A stretch of 57,170 nt of DNA from Schmidtea polychroa (Eukaryota): the NCBI GenBank assembly GCA_044892525.1, contig CM097887.1, positions 122,435,227 through 122,492,396 of the forward strand, given 5' to 3'. The notes under the pieces were generated by a model. The model ran no database searches, was not told the origin of the DNA, and saw nothing but the letters and a program-made list of their open reading frames with translations. This document shows, piece after piece, positions 24,951-37,603 of this stretch. Within the stretch, counting starts at the first letter, position 1, and each line of letters opens with the position of its first letter. The translations under genes were made by a program, and so were the position numbers.

Positions 24951-26559
24951 ACCAATTGTTTATAATCTGAGTAAGCAATAATCTTAAAGAACGATTAAAA
25001 TTCTATTGCGTAAAATTCAAGGACTTATTTAAGAATTTAAAATAATATTTAGAAAACATTTTAATGTTGAGAATCATATAAAGTAAGTAATTGATTACGT
25101 TCTTGAATTGTTAATTCGATCAAAGATAAACTTTATGAGACAGAGAATATAGTAAACCAACTTTATACTTTTCCTAGAAGTCTTTGATTTTAAATATTAA
25201 AAAAATATGGTGGAAGCATTCATTTATCATTCATGGTCTTTATCTTTTACTTTTGCAAATTTAGTAGAATGTGCTGAAAAAAGGTCGAGTTGTTATTAAA
25301 GAATGAACATTCAAAATCATTTTTACCAATGAAGATGAAAACGATTATTTATGAATTTATTACGAATCCAAAGGATCTATATTTGAGAAAGTCTGGGTGT
25401 AATTTGAATGGTGTGTGTAAATTTGAGCGTGAGGTAAATAGCATTAATAGTGTGCATAAAGCTGATGAGCCTAAATTTGTGTTGGTATTGACAAATATTT
25501 AGAATTAAACGAATAGGATCAGTATTCGTTTTGATATTGAAATATTGACCACTTTATCCATTTTGAATTATTTTCATGAATCGATAAATTAATGAGTTTT
25601 TCAATTTCATCTGACTCTTTAAAACAAATACAAAATCGATATTTCGAAACTTCTCACAGACAACATAAGTTTGATAATATGAACACACAAAATACCATAT
25701 AAACATTTTCATTCGAGATGCACAATGTAGTAATGGGGTTCATATAAGCATATTTTTCAGGCATGAATAAATATCGTATGACTAAATTCTATAAATTAAC
25801 TATTTTTTTTTCTTTTTTTAATTCAAAATTTTTATTTTTAAATTTAAAGTATTCACCGAAACTTATATATAAGAAACTTATATAAACACATGATATTTTC
25901 ATTAACATAATAAGTTTAAATTATTGCCATCATAATGATCATACTAGTATTTATAAATGATCGTGTAATATTAATAATTGTAGTTATAATAATAAGAATA
26001 ATAATAAATTAACATGACTAACAACAGAATAAATATTCCAAACATTGCNNNNNNNNNNNNNNNNNNNNNNNNNNNNNNNNNNNNNNNNNNNNNNNNNNNN
26101 NNNNNNNNNNNNNNNNNNNNNNNNNNNNNNNNNNNNNNNNNNNNNNNNNNNNNNNNNNNNNNNNNNNNNNNNNNNNNNNNNNNNNNNNNNNNNNNNNNNN
26201 NNNNNNNNNNNNNNNNNNNNNNNNNNNNNNNNNNNNTCATACTCCGTTCTTTCATTAACAACATTATTATCATTAAACAATCGATGTTAAATTGAGACAG
26301 GCTCGATGTCAGCTTATCGTTTGACAGTTTATCTCTTTGAGACAGGCGACGATATGGAAAAGGGAAAACATTTTCCTTGATATTCATTTGATCCAATGAG
26401 GTCTAGTAAGTGAAAGTTGACGGAGGAATTTGACGGGTGCTTGTTTTTTTGTATATTTATTCCCCATAGTTATTAATAAATATTTCAAATTCAGACATAC
26501 CAATTTTACTCATACCTCTTATTGTGTTCACTAATATTGTGTGATCCTTTCTGTCGACA

Positions 26560-26663
26560 ATATTTCTTGAAAATTTACATACAGCACTTTGCTATTACTT
26601 ATTATTTATTCGGAATAAATAATAAGTAATTGCAAAGTGCTGTATGTAATTTTCAAGAAATAT
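26560..26663. repeat. Near-perfect 104-bp palindrome
   Basis: Arms of ~51 bp differ by one substitution and one indel, with essentially no spacer (ttattc-g-gaataa). Confidence 0.9.
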
Positions 26664-27182
26664 CTCAAAAACCTGACGTGATAGACAAAATATAGTCACA
26701 TTTGCAATCTGTGCTAAAACAGCATATAGGAAACCTTTTTGTATGCTTGAAAAATTTTTAAAGTACTTAAACTTCGGTCAGTTTAATTATTGGGAAAATG
26801 TGATATGTGAAGTGTTGGGGAAAAAATTATTAGATCATAAAATTGATTTGCAAAAATTTTAACACTTGTGTTTTGAATGTTTTTAAATAGTTTCAATATT
26901 AAATTGAGGTTATCTGAATTGTTATTGTTGTTTTCAAATAAACTGAGTGGTAAAATAGGTATGTTAAATAACTTTCTTTTGAAAAATTTGAAAATATATA
27001 GATTGATGAGTAAATTTAAATTTATTCTGAAAAAAATTTATATAATTTTCGAAAATGTTTAATTTAAAAATAAATAATTATTTAAATTTAAATTAAATTA
27101 AAGACTGTCGAAATAAATCGTAAAACGGATGTTTTTAAGTTGTGCTTTCTAATAATTAAATCATTGCCATTAATAATATAAA

Positions 27183-27844
27183 TACAGTCAACTCTGCTAC
27201 AACGCGACGGATACGTTCTTAGGAAACGTCGCGTTGTAGGAAATCACGTTGTAAGAGACATGAACTCTATAGATAAAAAGGGGTTAGGTTCCAAGTATAA
27301 AAAACTGCATTTAACTTAATAAAATAAAACTTTAATAAGTTAATATTCAAGATTTTATTAGGAAATCTTCAATAAAATTATAATAAATTAATAAAATTTA
27401 ACAAAATAATTAAGAACTAAATAAAAATAAAAATTTATAAAAATTAAAATATAAAAAGAAATGTTGATGCATATTATTTATGCAAATTCTTCTTCATCAC
27501 TGCTAAGCAGATGATGCCGCGAATGTTTTGCTGGTGCTACATCCGAATCTGAACTACTGGAGCAATGGTTAGGTTCATCGCTTATATCAAGTGTCTATGT
27601 ACATATTATTAAACGTTGGATAATAAAGAAAACAGAATTAAAACAAAAAGAACACCTGTTTCAACATACACATAGAAAAATAAAATACATAGAAAATAAA
27701 ATATGTTTGTATGTACATATAAATAAATTTTTTTTACATTTTTTTAAATCGCATTGTAAGAAAAAAAAATCTAGTTGTGAGAAAAAATGCCGTAATTTAT
27801 AAATCGCGTTGTAGCGAAAACGCTTTGTAGGAGGCTTTACTGTA
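27183..27844. mobile_element. Tc1/pogo (Tigger-like) non-autonomous element
   Basis: TA-CAGTcaactctgctacaacgcg and cgctttgtaggaggctttACTG-TA imperfect TIRs. An acidic remnant (SSSSDSD...SSDEEEF) lies on the minus strand. Confidence 0.55.
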
Positions 27845-28093
27845 TTGAAATTTTTTTTTGGGTTATGTTTATTGTCATTTATTTTTAATTTTACTATATT
27901 CTCATTTTTACACAGTATATTAATGTATTTAATTGCTAAAAATTACTTTGCAAAGGCAATCCAAAACCAAAGTAATAAAAACCCAACTGCTCACATGGTA
28001 TACTTTTAAACAATTGATCAACTTTTCATTGCTACATTAAAACAAAATGATTGACAAATTTGTACTTTTTATCTCATTACCAATTGTTTGCAG

Positions 28094-28228
28094 TATTTTC
28101 AGAAACGGCGATGAATACACTCGGGCTATTTGCGTTATGCTAAAGTATTCTGAACTGAAATCAATGGATTTGGTATTGAAGGTTGTCGGAGAAAAAGTAA
28201 TTCTACCAACTAGTTTGCCAATCAGAAG
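28094..28228 (+). CDS. DCDC2: DCDC2-like exon 4, DCX domain 2
   Basis: cag| (C)IFRNGDEY...SMDLVLKVVGEKV...PIR |gtaata. Confidence 0.85.
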
Positions 28229-28292
28229 GTAATATTAAATAAATATTATTTTATTAAATTAAATTAAATTATTAATTTGATTATAATTTTAG

Positions 28293-28430
28293 ATTATTCA
28301 CCATGGAAGGCGAAGTGATATCAGATCCAGATCAGTTAGAAGATAATAAGTCCTACGTTGCATTAGGGCATGAACCATTTGTGCCATGTTTATATGGTCA
28401 AACTCTACCAAATATTATTTGTGGACCAAA
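28293..28430 (+). CDS. DCDC2: DCDC2-like exon 5
   Basis: After a 64-bp intron: RLFTMEGEVISDPDQLEDNKSYVALGHEPF (DCX C-terminal half). The donor (gttgta) is weak and lies next to a gap. Confidence 0.8.
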
Positions 28431-29474
28431 GTTGTANNNNNNNNNNNNNNNNNNNNNNNNNNNNNNNNNNNNNNNNNNNNNNNNNNNNNNNNNNNNNNNN
28501 NNNNNNNNNNNNNNNNNNNNNNNNNNNNNNNNNNNNNNNNNNNNNNNNNNNNNNNNNNNNNNNNNNNNNNNNNNNNNNNNNNNNNNNNNNNNNNNNNNNN
28601 NNNNNNNNNNNNNNNNNNNNTAAAAATTTTAGTTAGTGTCATTTTAAATTTTAAATGATATTTATTTTATTTTAATTTTAATTTTAATTTTAAATAAAAT
28701 TTTTAAAAATTCAGAAAAAGAAAGTATATCCTTATAATATAATTATAACCAATGAGAAGTAAGAAAAAGGAAATAAAAGAAAGATAGAAATGTATGTTCG
28801 GGAAGAAGATTGCTAAATTCCAGGAGATTGACAAGGACTATCTTATAGTCGAAATTTTTTCATTAAATACATTATTCGCAGCAAAANNNNNNNNNNNNNN
28901 NNNNNNNNNNNNNNNNNNNNNNNNNNNNNNNNNNNNNNNNNNNNNNNNNNNNNNNNNNNNNNNNNNNNNNNNNNNNNNNNNNNNNNNNNNNNNNNNNNNN
29001 NNNNNNNNNNNNNNNNNNNNNNNNNNNNNNNNNNNNNNNNAAGATAACTCTTTGCTGCAAATATATTAAACTAAATGGGAAACTAAAATCAAACTCTACC
29101 AAATATTATTTGTGGACCAAGGTTGTATTCTAATAAAATTTATTAATAATAACAATAATAATAATACAATAAAGTGATAATTTAAGCATTTTGCTGCGAA
29201 TAATGTATTTAATGAAAAAATTTCGACTATAAGATAGTCCTTGTCAATCTCCTGGAATTTAGCAATCTTCTTCCCGAACATACATTTCTATCTTTCTTTT
29301 ATTTCCTTTTTCTTACTTCTCATTGGTTATAATTATATTATAAGGATATACTTTCTTTTTCTGAATTTTTAAAAATTTTATTTAAAATTAAAATTAAAAT
29401 TAAAATAAAATAAATATCATTTAAAATTTAAAATGACACTAACTAAAATTTTTAAAATTTTTAAAGCATTTTAA

Positions 29475-29475
<1 letters not shown>

Positions 29476-29560
<85 letters not shown>
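29476..29560. repeat. (TTA)n microsatellite
   Basis: About 28 units; similar runs at 833-868, ~8835-8890 and ~35939-35961. Confidence 0.95.
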
Positions 29561-30130
29561 GTTAAACAAGTAAATCATACGATAAGGCTTTGCAGCAAAA
29601 GACTTATCCTACTATTTATTTGTTTAGCATTTAAATATACTTATATCAAGAAACCGTTCATTTAACAATTATAATTGTAAGGAGTTTTTTTAGCTGAGAA
29701 TTAAATATTTTATTGAAATAGTTTAAAATAAATTGGATTAGTAAATAATTAAATTTTTAACATCAAAAGTAAATTTTTATTATTAAGAGTTGTAAAATAA
29801 AATATTTTTATTAATATAATTAATTTTTAAATGTTTTAGATAATTTTAATAATTTTAGTTTATTGCAAATTTGTTGAATCATTTACCTAAAGAATTGGTT
29901 TATATAAGTTATAAAAGAAAGTTAATAACAATTTTTAAAATTATAAAACATAAATGTCAATCATAAGATCACAATTTTTCAGAATAAATTCACAAAAATT
30001 AAAAATTCATTTTTTAAAATAAAATGTGTAATTATATATTTTTTATATTATTTATATTTTCACAAATAATTATTAATAATAAATAAATAAAGTTGACGAA
30101 AAATCTAAAAATAACAATGACTATTTGCAG

Positions 30131-30259
30131 GAAGCAAGAAAGGATTCGTTATCTCAATTCTGTCACCACTCCAACTCCCGGAAAACAAAGAAAAAAAAAT
30201 AAAAGTCACTCTAATGATTTAATGACTCCCAAATCTTCGAGACAAAATCAGCCTGACGA
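30131..30259 (+). CDS. DCDC2: DCDC2-like exon 6 (predicted)
   Basis: tttgcag| KQERIRYLNSVTTPTPG...QPDE |gtaaaa. Open frame, phase 2/2; no homology evidence. Confidence 0.6.
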
Positions 30260-31499
30260 GTAAAATTATTTTTTTTCAATAAAATTATAATCGCATTAGT
30301 ATAAATTACATAAAATTTATTTTATTCAATAAATAAAATTTAAACTTCAAAGGTACCGCGTCAAATAAATAAATACAAAAAAATGTTAAATTTCTTTGAA
30401 CATAATTCATTCATTTTAATTACGACTATAATAACACTTGATAAAGACAGTACTGACAATTTATGTTACATAATGTAGTAACAAAACTAATTGGTACATT
30501 ATATTTATTGGATTCTACATCTTTGTATAAAGTGTATCTGGTATCTGCGAATTTAGAAATGGTATTGCATTTTATTGGATACGACTCTCCTGATTTCGTG
30601 TTGTATGAATATTCAATTGCGATACTGCAGTCTCCATGATCCGAGCGTAATTTCTTATTTGAATTTAACCTATACATTGACTGTGATCTGACGACAAGAA
30701 GGAGTACCAGTAGCAGCTTTACTAGATTGATTGTTCGTAATGCCAATTCGATATATTGATGAAGCATTTCTTTGATCCACAAATTGTTCCAATTGCAGAT
30801 CTTTGGGAACATTTTATGTGGATTAAAAAATATAGATGTTTGAAAGAATGTCGATATATTAAATTATTAAATTAATATATTTATCAATTTGAAAGTCAGA
30901 TGCACTTCACATAGACAAATGGTTATTCAGGTAAACAACGTTTTCAAGTAAATGTTGAATTGAGTGATCAAAATATAATTCAACTTTTTGTTTTTTGATT
31001 ATAATAATTGAAGGGGTTTGATTAAAATAGGCTTTTAACCGATCTCCAAAATCTAGAGAATTTAGTATTTGATTTTCGAAATTTATCACTTTTCTCTTTT
31101 TATTTGATGATGAAGATGTTCGTTGATTTTATTCGAAGACATATTTGGAATATTGGTTATCTTTCTAAATCTATATTGGTGTAACGTTGCGCCATAAACA
31201 CACTTTATGTGTCTACATGGACAGAGTGTATATACAATTAAAGCGTGTTAAGGTTTAGACATCTCAACTTTGTGATTCTTGCGGAAACCAATCTTTTTAA
31301 AGAACTATCAAAACTATCTAGTAAAATTTAACATTTTGTTTAATTAAAATTAGGACCCCTTAAATATTTACCTTTCAATTATTCTACAGAAAATTAAAAA
31401 TAAATACCGCTTCACTAGCTTGTTTACAAAATAATAAAACACCAATAAAATAAAAATGTACCAATAAAAAATACACTGTTAATTATAGGCAACAAATAA

Positions 31500-32262
31500 A
31501 ATGATCAATATTTTAGTAAAAATTATCAGTATTTTTTAATGTTTTTGATCAGTATTTTAAGTAAAAAATGATCAGTAAAAAATTTTTTTTTGATCAGTAT
31601 TTTATTAAAATGATCAATATTTTAATTAAATGATAATTAATTTAAATCAGTTAAAAAATAATAAATGATAACTATTAAAATGGAATTTGATCAAACAAAA
31701 ATTAACAAGTGATCAGTATTTATTCAAAAAATGATTGATAAAAGGTGATCAGTAAAGAAAAATAATCAGTGTTAAATGTTGTTTTTTAGTTTTATCGATT
31801 ATTTTATTTAAATTTAAAATTAATTTTCTTTTAAAAAAATATAATTTTAATTTAATCTACTAGTAATGCTTTTATAATCTTTGGTCTTCCTCGCTGACGT
31901 TTCCCCCCGATTGGTATTTGTTTGGCAGCAGGTGGTGGCTTGATATATTTTAGAAGAATAGATACACCAATTACATGCTTACACATGTATTCTTTTAAAA
32001 AAGATGGACAAGTACATGCACCTTCCTTCCATTTGGCACCATCTAACGAAATATTTATGATCCACACAACCGAAGATCTTTTTCTAATTTGCTTGTCATT
32101 CTAATAAATTACTGATCATTAGAATAAAATACTGATCAGAAACATTGAATTAATTACTGATCAAGTGATACTGATCATTTTATTAAAATACTGATCAAAT
32201 TAATAAAATACTGATATTTCATATTAAAAATACTGATAATTTGTATTAAAATACTGATCATT
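31500..32262 (-). mobile_element. Mutator-like (MULE) deletion derivative with SWIM zinc-finger remnant
   Basis: ORF 31852-32067 has ACTCPSFLKEYMCKH (SWIM CxCxnCxH) and RGRP (AT-hook). It is flanked by TGATCAGTA arrays on the left and TACTGATCA arrays on the right. Confidence 0.7.
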
Positions 32263-32727
32263 AAAACCTAAGCCTTAATTATATTTAAATAATTATTATT
32301 TATTTGCAAAATTATTTATCACCATTGATCGATTTTTATTTTCAATTTTCAAAATTTTCATTTGAAACCTTTTAAATAGCTGTTCCGGAAATTAGTGTTA
32401 AAGAATTAAAAATATTAATTTATAATGAGAAATAAAATATTATTTATTAATAATTTTTAATTAAAAAATTGTCTTTTCCAATTTATTTTTATTTATTATA
32501 TATTTATCGTAAATTGCTATTTATAATAGGAAATTTTCTGTCAAATTTTTGGTAAATAATTAAACAGCCTTTCAAAGGCAAATTATTATCGGGATCATCT
32601 CCAACAATTCAATTGTTCCCTAGGAGTCGGCTCTCGTGTAGACTTCACTGATAATTATTGATAATGCACTGTTTATGATGAATAATTCTGGTTTAAATTT
32701 TATAAAATTAAATTAATTGTTTTTCAG

Positions 32728-32927
32728 AAAACGTCAACCGGTTGAAATTGAAAACGGATACCCAAAGGAAGAGAAAATTAATTTTCAATCGAAACTAGTA
32801 GACAAACAAACTAAAAGCCACGAATTTCTGGAGAATGAAGAAAAGAATACAGAAGAACATTTGGAGTTAAATGGTTACGAGGATCAAAACACACCGCGAA
32901 AAGAAGAGAGTGATTATTACGAAAAAG
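32728..32927 (+). CDS. DCDC2: DCDC2-like exon 7 (predicted)
   Basis: ttttcag| acidic low-complexity KRQPVEIENG...SDYYEK |gttact. Phase is consistent. Confidence 0.55.
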
Positions 32928-32974
32928 GTTACTTGGCTTATTATTTTATCTCAAAGAATTTTTTGATATTTAAG

Positions 32975-33018
32975 ACAAAATCTTTGTAAATGGAAGCATG
33001 GCACAACGACTTCGTTAG
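32975..33018 (+). CDS. DCDC2: DCDC2-like terminal exon (predicted)
   Basis: After a 47-bp intron: DKIFVNGSMAQRLR*. Inferred from phase only. Confidence 0.4.
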
Positions 33019-33647
33019 TCGTAAATTTATCTAAAAATGATTTCCGTAAAAGAGTGTTACAAACCGTTATAAGAAACAAAACTAAAAAAATTTGGCTTCT
33101 ATTCCAAGGGAGAAATTTTCATTTCCAGTAAAACAATATATATAAATCAACTTTTTCTAGTATATGGGGAAAAAAGACACGCGTAATTTTTAAATTATAT
33201 TTAATTTTTTTAATAATTACTGCAAACATAATTAAATGATAATTAAAGCCCGTAGTGCCTCTGACTAGCACTTTTATTAATATAATAATTGAACAAAAAA
33301 TATATTGAATTAATTAAATAAAAATTAAAAATCAAAAACAATTGTTTAAATAATTTTTTACTTTCTCTTTTTACGAAAATCATTATCAAATTCAATTTTA
33401 AAAAATCATCAAATTCAAACATGTCTAAAGAAGCAACTGAAGTTGTCACTGAAGTCGAACAAGTTGAAGAAGTTGAAGAATCATCAAATCGAGTCAAAAT
33501 CAATGAATCAAATATGTCAGAAATACAGGAAACAGAAACCTTCATCGTATTCACAATGATATCTCCGGTGATGTTCAAGTTATTCGACAATGTTAATAAC
33601 AATAAATTATTTGTTCAAGTTAATTGTATGTCTCTACAAAGCCTATG

Positions 33648-33820
33648 GCTGCGAAGTATATATTGAATAAAATGAAAGAATTTTCAACTATAAAAATTTC
33701 CACTATAAAAGGATTATTTTTATAGTTCAAAATACTTTCACTTTTTATTGAATATATACTTCGCAGCAAAAAGTTTAAATTATCATTTAACTGTTTGACA
33801 TTTAATTAATGCTGCTATCA
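33648..33820. mobile_element. Foldback MITE family copy
   Basis: Perfect 15-bp inverted repeat 33648-33662/33753-33767 extends imperfectly to ~46 bp, followed by the family tail tgtttgacatttaattaatgctgcta. Confidence 0.65.
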
Positions 33821-35938
33821 AGAAATCATCACTTTACACTATTGAGAACATATAATATGCAATATAGGTGTTAATACTATCATTGGATTCGAAAATCAAT
33901 ATGCAAAATTCTGTAAAGATTTATGTTTTGAAATAGTTAGGGTGGTAAATTATGTGTATGCGGATTGTTGTTGTTGTTGTCAAATTTATTAAATCAATAA
34001 GTTAAATAAATTTAAATTTAAATTATAAAGTTGTAATTAAATATTTAAAATAATTTCAAATATATTTATTGAAAGTATTCTAAATTGAAAAATAATTAAT
34101 TATTTAAATAGAATAAAAGGATATTTTAAAAAATCAATAAAGTTGTGTAATTTATTTATAAAATTTATACTATCTATAGTTTTTCTATCCTATATGACGA
34201 TGACAAGAAATCTGTCTAAATATATCGTAAAACGTGTGTTTGTGAAAGGCTTTATAATAATTATTTTCTTTGTTTGTTTTATTTGAGAGTGATAATATCA
34301 TATTCTTTTATAATCAGAAGATCCAGAACAGTATCCAAACTATCAAAATGAAACAGATGCTGAATAAATTGAATCCAGAAAATGTTTATGAATGTTATTT
34401 AGATTGTCATCATTTGATTTCACATTATGAAAATAGAATACAGCATACGATCTTTTCAATCATAAAGTTTTTGATGTTCTATTAAAATAATAATAATATT
34501 AATTATAAAAATAATTAGATTGTTTGAAATCAATGGTCCAATCAACCATGAATTGAAAAATGTGGGAGGGGGAAGAACCAAAAATCTTTTATTTTAAATT
34601 TTTTGTTTTGTATTTAAATTCTCAATTCACTTGATGAAATTTATCAATTAATATGCGAACAAGATTCAAATAAATTGTGTAATATCCAAAGCTTTTCAAG
34701 TTTCCTAAAGGTGAATTAATAAGCCAAAATACATCATGTCAAAAATGCGTCATTATCAAACAATAAAAGTAGGTAGATATTAGTCCTCTGTACCCTACCG
34801 AATATGCGGTGTACCCCCTCTTCTAAATAAAATTCAATTAAAATATGACGCCAAATTTTTAATTTTTTCAAACGGCAAAACGACCGACACCGGCAAATGA
34901 ATCCACCAGTTATTTTAAATAACCACTGTTCAAGTAGAACTAAGCCTACTGGCCTTTCAGCATACAAAATCATATTGAATATATTGCAATAATTACAACA
35001 AAATGCAATTCGATCCGCTGGCGGAATATATTTCTTGGCATAGAACAAACGATGTTTGAGAAGAACCTTGTAAAGGAACAGCATACAAAGCAGCAAAAAA
35101 ATATGACAATAATTCATAGATCTCTAAAATTCAGTTAAGTTCCCAAATTTCCTTTAAATTTGAAAATATCTGTTTACACAAGTTCTGAATTCGAATATTC
35201 AAACAATTTCCAAAAATATTCACCAAAATTCCAATTTCCTAGAAAATAAAAAAACTAAAATGTCTTGAACAAACAAACTCCAAAAAAATCTAAAAACCTA
35301 TTGATTAATAATTACATAAAAATTATCTATTACCACCATTCCTCGAGTCTGTGTGCCTGACACAGAAACCCCCACAACCGAGCATACAGACGCGAAAGAA
35401 TCAATTCACAATCGGTCGAAACAAATATACTTCAATCAACAACTACATACTAACAACATGGTACCAAAAACTGGTCAAAAATAACCAACAAACAGCTATC
35501 AACATCCAGTAACTAACAATCAGGTACCAATACCCATGTACCAACAACAAAATACTAACAACAGTTTACAAATAACCTGGCATTAATAATCAGATACACA
35601 CTATCAAGTACCAACAACTAAGCAACAACCATATTCATTAAATAAGGGATTCAATATACTAAGCAACCATTTTTATTCACTAAGCATCCTACTCTATTTT
35701 AATGCACACAATAACAAATAAACCAACTAAAATGTTATTTATTCAGTGTAATTTATCAATTTTTTGTAAATAAATAAATTTTTTTCTATTTCTGTTAGAA
35801 TTGAAATATATTTTTTTTAACTAAACTGCAATAGGTAATTACAATCTATAGTCTAAATTTAACAAAAAATGATGACTTTTGTCAAAAAAACTTTATTAAA
35901 AAGGGTAAGTTTTCAATTAAAATGATATTAAATGGCAG

Positions 35939-36968
35939 AATTATTATTATTATTATTATTATCATACCGAAAACAGTTGTTTATGATACTGTACAAAGTC
36001 TGTCTATACTTTTTGAGTGGCCTAAAATTGTATTTTTAATTAATAATACATTTAATGAAGCAAATAATAAAAATAATAATAGTTAAATAAAAAGAAGTAC
36101 ATTGAATATTAATTATACATTTTCCCTCCTCCAACCATTCGATTCTAAATTCAATTACCAAACTAAAAAAAAAAATTTTATTTGGGCGAAAAATGAATTC
36201 TTCATCAGTGAAAATGATAATGAAAAATCAAATTATTTCCCAATTGAATTTGTCGACATTTGGTTGTACTAAATTATGAATCATTCCATTCCGCCTTCTC
36301 AGTATTATTCAGTTCTTAGAAACTTGATTTGTCTTAGAATTTCTTTGCATTCAAAATTTGGTTTTTATCAACCATAAAAAAGAAATATTATTTATTTACA
36401 ACAGTATCAATTATATAATTTGGTAAACAAAAAAACGGTAATATTTATGAAGGAGTTATCCGATCCTAATATTTTGGTAGATATATAAGAGGTGTTTGCC
36501 TTGCGCCCCTTATGTAGCCTGTGGCCCATAAGAGTTTCAAGCAATGCAATTTGACAGTAAACTGCTTGAATGAGAATATTCTTTCATAGTGCAGACGGGA
36601 AGTTAATTTGGAATACACCTATTTCTGTTTTGTTAGATTATGTTGATTTTGGTACATAAGAATCTAGTTATAAATACTTAATTCACGAAAATTCTATAAT
36701 AGCCACCGTTGAAGTACATGGAGCGTATAAGCTTAAAAGAAATTGTGGTTGATAGGGTGGCTCACTGAAGTTCGTAATTGGAGAGATATTGAGGAAGTTT
36801 CTTTATTCATCTGAGGGCTAACGGCAGATTGTCTTAATGGCGTGGAAAATAAAGGATTGAATTATAAAAGCGCAGATATAAAAGGAAATATCTTCAGCTA
36901 GTCTAAATATCTTTTTTAAATCATTATATGCCTTGTTTAGAATCTAGTTATAAATACTTAATTCACGA
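35939..36968 (-). mobile_element. Degenerate LINE 3' fragment with (AAT)n tail, copy 1
   Basis: Highly similar to 50294-51350 and ends in an AAT microsatellite on the minus strand. The LINE call rests on the motif in copy 2. Confidence 0.45.
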
Positions 36969-37330
36969 TTCGATAGAGATTTAGCTCGTTTATTGTTCAC
37001 GCCGTTTTTGCACTTCTCTATATGTGGATACCATTCCGATCATGGGATGAAGTAACTATTTTTAATATAGAATACTTGAATTTTCATAACGCGATCCCTC
37101 AATCATTTGAAGTTTGATAGCTACCCTGGCAGAATAAATGCATACGATATGAGATTAAATTAAACTTGCGGAACTCAATCTACTGTTATATATCTATAAA
37201 ATTATAAGATAATAAATAGTTAAAAATATATGTTCCAATAAATAAGTATTATTGAAATAATTTTAAATTATGTTAATTTTAAATTCTTTACAATAAAAAC
37301 TTTTAAATATATGAATTAAATATTAATTTA

Positions 37331-37603
37331 ACCAACTCCTCTACTAGTGGAGCCCTGTTGTTTGGGCACGTCCTACTTAAATTATCTTCATTTCTTTCTA
37401 CGCACGATTCCATTTCCTCTACTTCATCGATTCCATTAATCCGACTGTATCTATTTCCAGTTTGTCTTTGTTTCTCTATCGTTCTCTTGTAACTCGACTT
37501 TGTATAACATTCTTCAGATCTATGACCATTTCTGTTGCATCTTTTACACCGTATTTCTTGACAAAACCTTTTTATATGACCTTCTTTCCCACAACCAAAA
37601 CAT
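37331..37603 (-). mobile_element. Fragment of the same gypsy family (gag 3' region)
   Basis: Roughly 85% identical by eye to ~14775-15050. Confidence 0.85.

Noticed and set aside
28621-29455. Inverted duplication (28621-28886 vs ~29190-29455) and near-identical direct repeat (28401-28436 vs 29092-29127)
   Set aside because: The first copy is a small contig isolated between two N-gaps. It is most simply a mis-oriented allelic contig (assembly artefact).
33421-33666. Acidic ORF MSKEATEVVTEVEQVEE... as an extra DCDC2 exon
   Set aside because: No usable AG acceptor in the right phase, and the ORF runs into a foldback MITE.
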